DNA of 64,000 nt. Source: Ignavibacteriota bacterium. Lineage in GTDB: Bacteria > Bacteroidota > Ignavibacteria > UBA10030. How positions within the stretch are numbered: position 1 is the first letter of the stretch; every line of letters begins with the position of its first letter. Location of the stretch: contig CAVSHO010000001.1 of the NCBI GenBank assembly GCA_963727825.1, positions 320,001 through 384,000 on the forward strand, written 5' to 3'. A program made the position numbers and the translations under genes. The notes beneath the pieces are model-generated. The model saw only the letters and a list, made by a program, of their open reading frames with translations, did no database searches and was not told the origin of the DNA. Of the stretch, positions 59,934 to 64,000 are shown piece after piece.

Positions 59934-61073
59934 ATGGCTCGTTTGAAAAGTATGAAAAGGTTGCAAAAAAGAGTGGCGTTAGTATGTTTTTCTCGTTCCC
60001 TCGGCGGGCTTGAACTTTCTACTATTCGCATAGCACAAGCGATGGAAAAAAAAAGTGTTTCCACTGTTGTAATTGTACCAAATTCATCGCCGCTTGAACA
60101 GCGAGCAAACGATGCAAACCTTCATGTAAATACAATCACACCTCATTTGAAATATGGAGATATCTCGACAGCACTACACCTTGCCCGTGTACTGAAAGAC
60201 CAACAAATCGAATTGGTTTTGCTCATGCAATCAAGAGATATTCATCTTGCTGCTATTGCATCAGTGATAACACCTCAAGTGAAGTTAGTGTTTTATCAGC
60301 AAATGAATTCGCGCTATAATAAGCGTGATTTTATTCACACATGGATATATTCGAAACTATCACTATGGATTTCCCTCACTCAAAGCATGAAAGAGGATGT
60401 GCTTTCATATACGCGTATGCCACGTGAGAAAGTAAAAGTAGTACCTTTAGGGATAGATCTGTTGCAATTTGATCCATCACACTATGATAAAAATGATGCA
60501 CGAACATCTTTTGGATTATCCACTAATGGTTACACTATCGGAGTTTTAGGACGGCTCGATAAGCTAAAAGGTCAGCATGTATTGCTTCAAGCAGTACCGG
60601 AAGTTGTGAAGCAACACCCAAATGTCACATTTCTTATTGCAGGCGATGAAACCGCGGGGGAACATGGATACAAAGAATATTTAATGAAATTGGGCCGAAC
60701 ACTTGACATCGAACGATACGTAAAATATGTACCTTTTACTGAAGATGTTCCTCGTTTAATGGCAGCTCTTGATGTTTTTGTTCTTCCATCGTTCTCTGAA
60801 ACATTTGGACTTGTGGTTGTAGAAGCAATGGCGATGGAACGGCCGATCATTGCGACGAATGCAGGCGGGCTACCAGAGATTATTACAAACGGCAAGACGG
60901 GATTACTTATAAAACCACGCGATGCAACCGCGGTTGCCTGGGCGATTCACCGCGTTCTTAGTGATTCTGACCTCCGTTCGTCACTTGGACATTTAGCTCG
61001 TGAGGAAGCTTTGAAACGATACGATTTTGATAGTTGTGTAAATTCTCTTCTCGAATCGCTTGCAATGCTTTGA
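59934..61073 (+). CDS. GT4 glycosyltransferase (RfaB-like)
   Basis: GGLE, GRLDKLKGQ, LPSFSETFGLVVVEAMA. Confidence 0.9.
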   Translation: MARLKSMKRLQKRVALVCFSRSLGGLELSTIRIAQAMEKKSVSTVVIVPNSSPLEQRANDANLHVNTITPHLKYGDISTALHLARVLKDQQIELVLLMQSRDIHLAAIASVITPQVKLVFYQQMNSRYNKRDFIHTWIYSKLSLWISLTQSMKEDVLSYTRMPREKVKVVPLGIDLLQFDPSHYDKNDARTSFGLSTNGYTIGVLGRLDKLKGQHVLLQAVPEVVKQHPNVTFLIAGDETAGEHGYKEYLMKLGRTLDIERYVKYVPFTEDVPRLMAALDVFVLPSFSETFGLVVVEAMAMERPIIATNAGGLPEIITNGKTGLLIKPRDATAVAWAIHRVLSDSDLRSSLGHLAREEALKRYDFDSCVNSLLESLAML

Positions 61074-61170
61074 ACAATCTATGATTAGTCTAAAAAAAAG
61101 AGATCACGCATATTATCGCCAAATGATTCTTTAATTATTCAATTATCAGCTTGTAGTAAAGTAAATCAAT

Positions 61171-61306
61171 AAAAAAGGCAAGGCGAATCAATTGATTCTA
61201 ACCTTGCCTTCGATTTTGTTAGGCCTCTTAATACCCCTCTTGATTCAACTACTCCCCGTATGCCTCATCAAGCTTTACAATGCGGATGAAGCGCCTTGCC
61301 TTTTTT
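61171..61306. repeat. 15-bp perfect inverted repeat enclosing an alternative terminator-like hairpin
   Basis: AAAAAAGGCAAGGCG (61171-61185) / CGCCTTGCCTTTTTT (61292-61306); internal CCTTGCCTT (61202-61210). Confidence 0.7.
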
Positions 61307-61491
61307 CGGTAGAGCAATCCGAACTTCTCGGATACAGCTTTGTAGGTGATTTCAATAAACCCTGGGTGGGCTACAAACTGCAGTGTTAAAGTAAGCGTTT
61401 GCTCACTAAGACGGTATCACGTAAACGCGTGTTTTTTATTTTTTTATAGTTTTGTGAAAAAAATACTTGACAGAATCCCCTAAAAACCATT

Positions 61492-62169
61492 TTAGAGAAT
61501 TCGTTGTTTGAGGGCTTTTGCGACAGCGCTGCTACGCTTGTTCACGTGAAGTCTTTCATAGATTTTTCTTACGTGAGTATCGATTGTGTGATGACTGAGA
61601 GAAAGCTTCTTGCCGATTTCCTTTTTCGTTAAACCGTTTATCATTTGTAAAAGGATTTCTCGCTCGCGATTGGTTAAATTGTAATCTGGAGAAGGCGAAT
61701 TTAATGCAGCAAACGATGTTAAAACTTTTCGCGCAATTTGTGCGTTGATAGGTGAGCCGCCGTTCTGTACGTCGCGAATTGCCTCGATAATTTTTTCTAC
61801 TGGAGAATTTTTTAATAAGTAGCCTACGGCTCCATCACAGATAGCTTGAAAGATACTGTCACTATCTTCGCGCACAGTAATAATAATAATTTGAGTAGAC
61901 GGAGCAAGCTGTTTAAATTTCTGTATTCCTTCCAGTCCACTCATACCGGGTAACCCGATGTCTAACAGAATGATACTTGGATGCTTGCTTAATTTTAGCT
62001 GTTGAAGAGTTTTCTCGCATGAATTAAATGATTGACTGCATACTAAATCGGCTTCGCTATTAATCAACTCGATAAGGCATTTTTGGAAAAATAAATTATC
62101 CTCAACAATCCAGATTTCTGCTCTTTTAGTAGAATGTCCGATCGTACGTTTTATTAAGCGGCTTTTCAT
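61492..62169 (-). CDS. NarL/LuxR-family response regulator
   Basis: IVED, LLDIGLPG, GAVGYLLK, LTNREREIL, TIDTHVRKIYERLHV. Confidence 0.92.
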   Translation of the reverse strand: MKSRLIKRTIGHSTKRAEIWIVEDNLFFQKCLIELINSEADLVCSQSFNSCEKTLQQLKLSKHPSIILLDIGLPGMSGLEGIQKFKQLAPSTQIIIITVREDSDSIFQAICDGAVGYLLKNSPVEKIIEAIRDVQNGGSPINAQIARKVLTSFAALNSPSPDYNLTNREREILLQMINGLTKKEIGKKLSLSHHTIDTHVRKIYERLHVNKRSSAVAKALKQRIL

Positions 62170-62346
62170 GCTATTGTGTAATTGATTTCTTTACTTGATA
62201 CAAAAAGGGGCTTTATCAAAGTAATCATTTCTGACTATCTTTTCAATATGTTGATGCATTTCTTTGGTCAATGCGAATATTATTGGCATTATGTGATAAT
62301 TTCTTAACCTTGCTAATCGAATGATTATTGGCTACATTTTTCGTCA

Positions 62347-63999
62347 ATGAAACCAGTTATTTTGATATTTTCCCTTTTGAGTCTACTTTCGTTGCCTGTG
62401 CTTGCGCAAGATTCGAAAGAGAACGCCGACTTCAAACTTGCCGTGAATCTCTATAACGACAAGTTATATGATTTAGCTCTTGAACAATTCCGCGCATTTA
62501 TCGACTTGTATCCCAATACCGCACAAGGCGTTGAGGCACATTTCTATCTAGGACTTACACAGTCCAAGCTTGGTAAACACGACGATGCGCGGTTCACCTT
62601 CCAAAATTTTGCTCTTGCATATTCTGACAACAGTAAAGCTCCTGAAGCGTGGATGAACGCCGCAGAGGAATACGCGGCTATGAAAAATGAACGCGAGGCG
62701 GCAATGGCGTTCGAACGCGTTAAGACGTTTCATCCGAAGAGCAAGTTTGCACCAATTGCTCTGTCAAAAGCAGCAGATTATTACGAACAGCTTGGCGACA
62801 AGGAAAACACTATTCGTGTGCTTCGTATGTTGACACAGGAGTACACAACAGTTGAAGTTCTTCCGGCGCGGCTGAGAATTGCAGAAATGCTTAATGCGGA
62901 AGAACAGTATGAACAAGCGCGTCAGGAATCTAAACGTGTCGCGGATGCAACGGGCGATGCACCACTGAAGGCGCGCGCGTTTCTGCTATTAGGGCAATCT
63001 TTTATCGGATTAGGAAAAACTTCCGAAGCGGAAGAAGCGTTTTCTGATATAGTCAATAATTTCAAATCCACATCAAGCTATTACAAAGCGCTCTTCGCGC
63101 TGGGTGTGTTAAAGAATTTGGAAGGCAATACAGACGACGCTATGGCACGATGGAAATCGCTCGCGGAGGATAGTTCAAAAGCACCGAAACAATTGAGACA
63201 GGACGCCTACATTGAAATGGCAGAGGCAAACAACCGTGTTCGGTCATATCAGCGTGCGTTATCCTTGTTTGAACGTGCAAGCGAAATTCGAGGAGTACGC
63301 AATGGTGAAGTGCTCTACAAAGCTGGCATCGCGGCAGAGCAAACGGGTGACCTTTTGAAAGCGGCACAATATTATTCCCGTGCGCTCAATGATAGTCTTG
63401 GCAGTGCAGATCGACGGGCATTAATCGTTGGTGCTTATAAAGCAGCGAAGATAACGAAAAATTTCGCCGAAGCTGTGCAGTTAGTGAATTACTACCGCCA
63501 AAAATTTTCATCGGATGCAAATTTACCGCGCCTCTTGATTGAGGGGGCAAGAATAGCAAACAATGAACTTGGCGATCCAAAAACAGCTATTGATTTTTGC
63601 GAATGGCTTCGCGAACATTATTCCACAAGCGAATGGATTGATGATGCAACTTTTGAACTTGGTCAAGCGCGGAAAAAAGCCGGCGATGTGGATGGAGCAA
63701 TTGATGCATTTGAAACTTTGCAACGACGTTATCCAAGCAGTGAGTTTGTTTCAGAAGCACAAAAACAAATTCGCCTCATCAAAGCATTTGATCAGCGAAA
63801 CAATGATGCAAGTCTGCAAAAACTTGCATTACTAGTAGGTGATGTTATAGCTCAGAAATCAAAAGGAAATCTTGCTTATCGCCTTGCAGAAATCTACTTC
63901 TTCGATTTGAAAGATTACAATCTTGCCGCCGGACAATATGCTTATGCGCTCAGTGTTGATTTAGAAGATGCCCTTCGACCATCTGCATGGTTGAAACAA
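62347..63999 (+). CDS. Large exported TPR protein (runs off the window end; not in ORF track)
   Basis: Hand translation: MKPVILIFSLLSLLSLPVLAQDSKENADFKLAVNLYNDKLYDLALEQFRAFIDLYPNT...EAHFYLG, with repeated YP/HP TPR turns. Confidence 0.85.
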   Translation, partial: MKPVILIFSLLSLLSLPVLAQDSKENADFKLAVNLYNDKLYDLALEQFRAFIDLYPNTAQGVEAHFYLGLTQSKLGKHDDARFTFQNFALAYSDNSKAPEAWMNAAEEYAAMKNEREAAMAFERVKTFHPKSKFAPIALSKAADYYEQLGDKENTIRVLRMLTQEYTTVEVLPARLRIAEMLNAEEQYEQARQESKRVADATGDAPLKARAFLLLGQSFIGLGKTSEAEEAFSDIVNNFKSTSSYYKALFALGVLKNLEGNTDDAMARWKSLAEDSSKAPKQLRQDAYIEMAEANNRVRSYQRALSLFERASEIRGVRNGEVLYKAGIAAEQTGDLLKAAQYYSRALNDSLGSADRRALIVGAYKAAKITKNFAEAVQLVNYYRQKFSSDANLPRLLIEGARIANNELGDPKTAIDFCEWLREHYSTSEWIDDATFELGQARKKAGDVDGAIDAFETLQRRYPSSEFVSEAQKQIRLIKAFDQRNNDASLQKLALLVGDVIAQKSKGNLAYRLAEIYFFDLKDYNLAAGQYAYALSVDLEDALRPSAWLKQ

Positions 64000-64000
64000 G

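Noticed and set aside
61192-61389. 65-aa ORF
   Set aside because: TTG start inside an inverted-repeat structure, with no supporting features.
1-64000. CRISPR array, tRNA/rRNA, integrase, transposase, phosphonate (phn) or ppk genes
   Set aside because: None was recognised by eye or in the ORF track; covariance-model and HMM searches were not possible.

Overview
Bacterial chromosomal window, probably from the Ignavibacteria side of the Bacteroidota/Chlorobiota; this is inferred from T9SS-type 'QNYPNPFNPST' tails and a TonB receptor. About 58 kb looks like a clustered phosphate-starvation (Pho) island. It holds two different pstSCAB systems with phoU and a porin, phoB/phoR plus a pseudo-receiver PhoB paralogue, and an OlsF-type ornithine-lipid synthase. 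It also holds a 9-gene flippase/ulosonic-acid (NeuB-type) operon, a sixA-(Tmk-like)x2-ppx operon facing CHAD genes, a TonB receptor/beta-helix/acid phosphatase locus, and a GT4-metallophosphoesterase-HAD operon. About a dozen promoters carry 11-bp-spaced TTAACA-like hexamers oriented with the downstream gene. A run of co-oriented, cassette-like genes with decayed attC-like ends (about 9.7-18.6 kb) interrupts the island. Four single-base insertions split three genes, including phoR, and may be assembly errors. The best candidates for undescribed systems are the putatively Pho-controlled amino-ulosonate glycoconjugate operon (22.5-30.9 kb) and the paired thymidylate-kinase-fold proteins in a polyphosphate operon (31.2-35.8 kb). 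No rRNA, tRNA, CRISPR array, integrase or transposase was recognised. All calls come from reading motifs; no database search was run.
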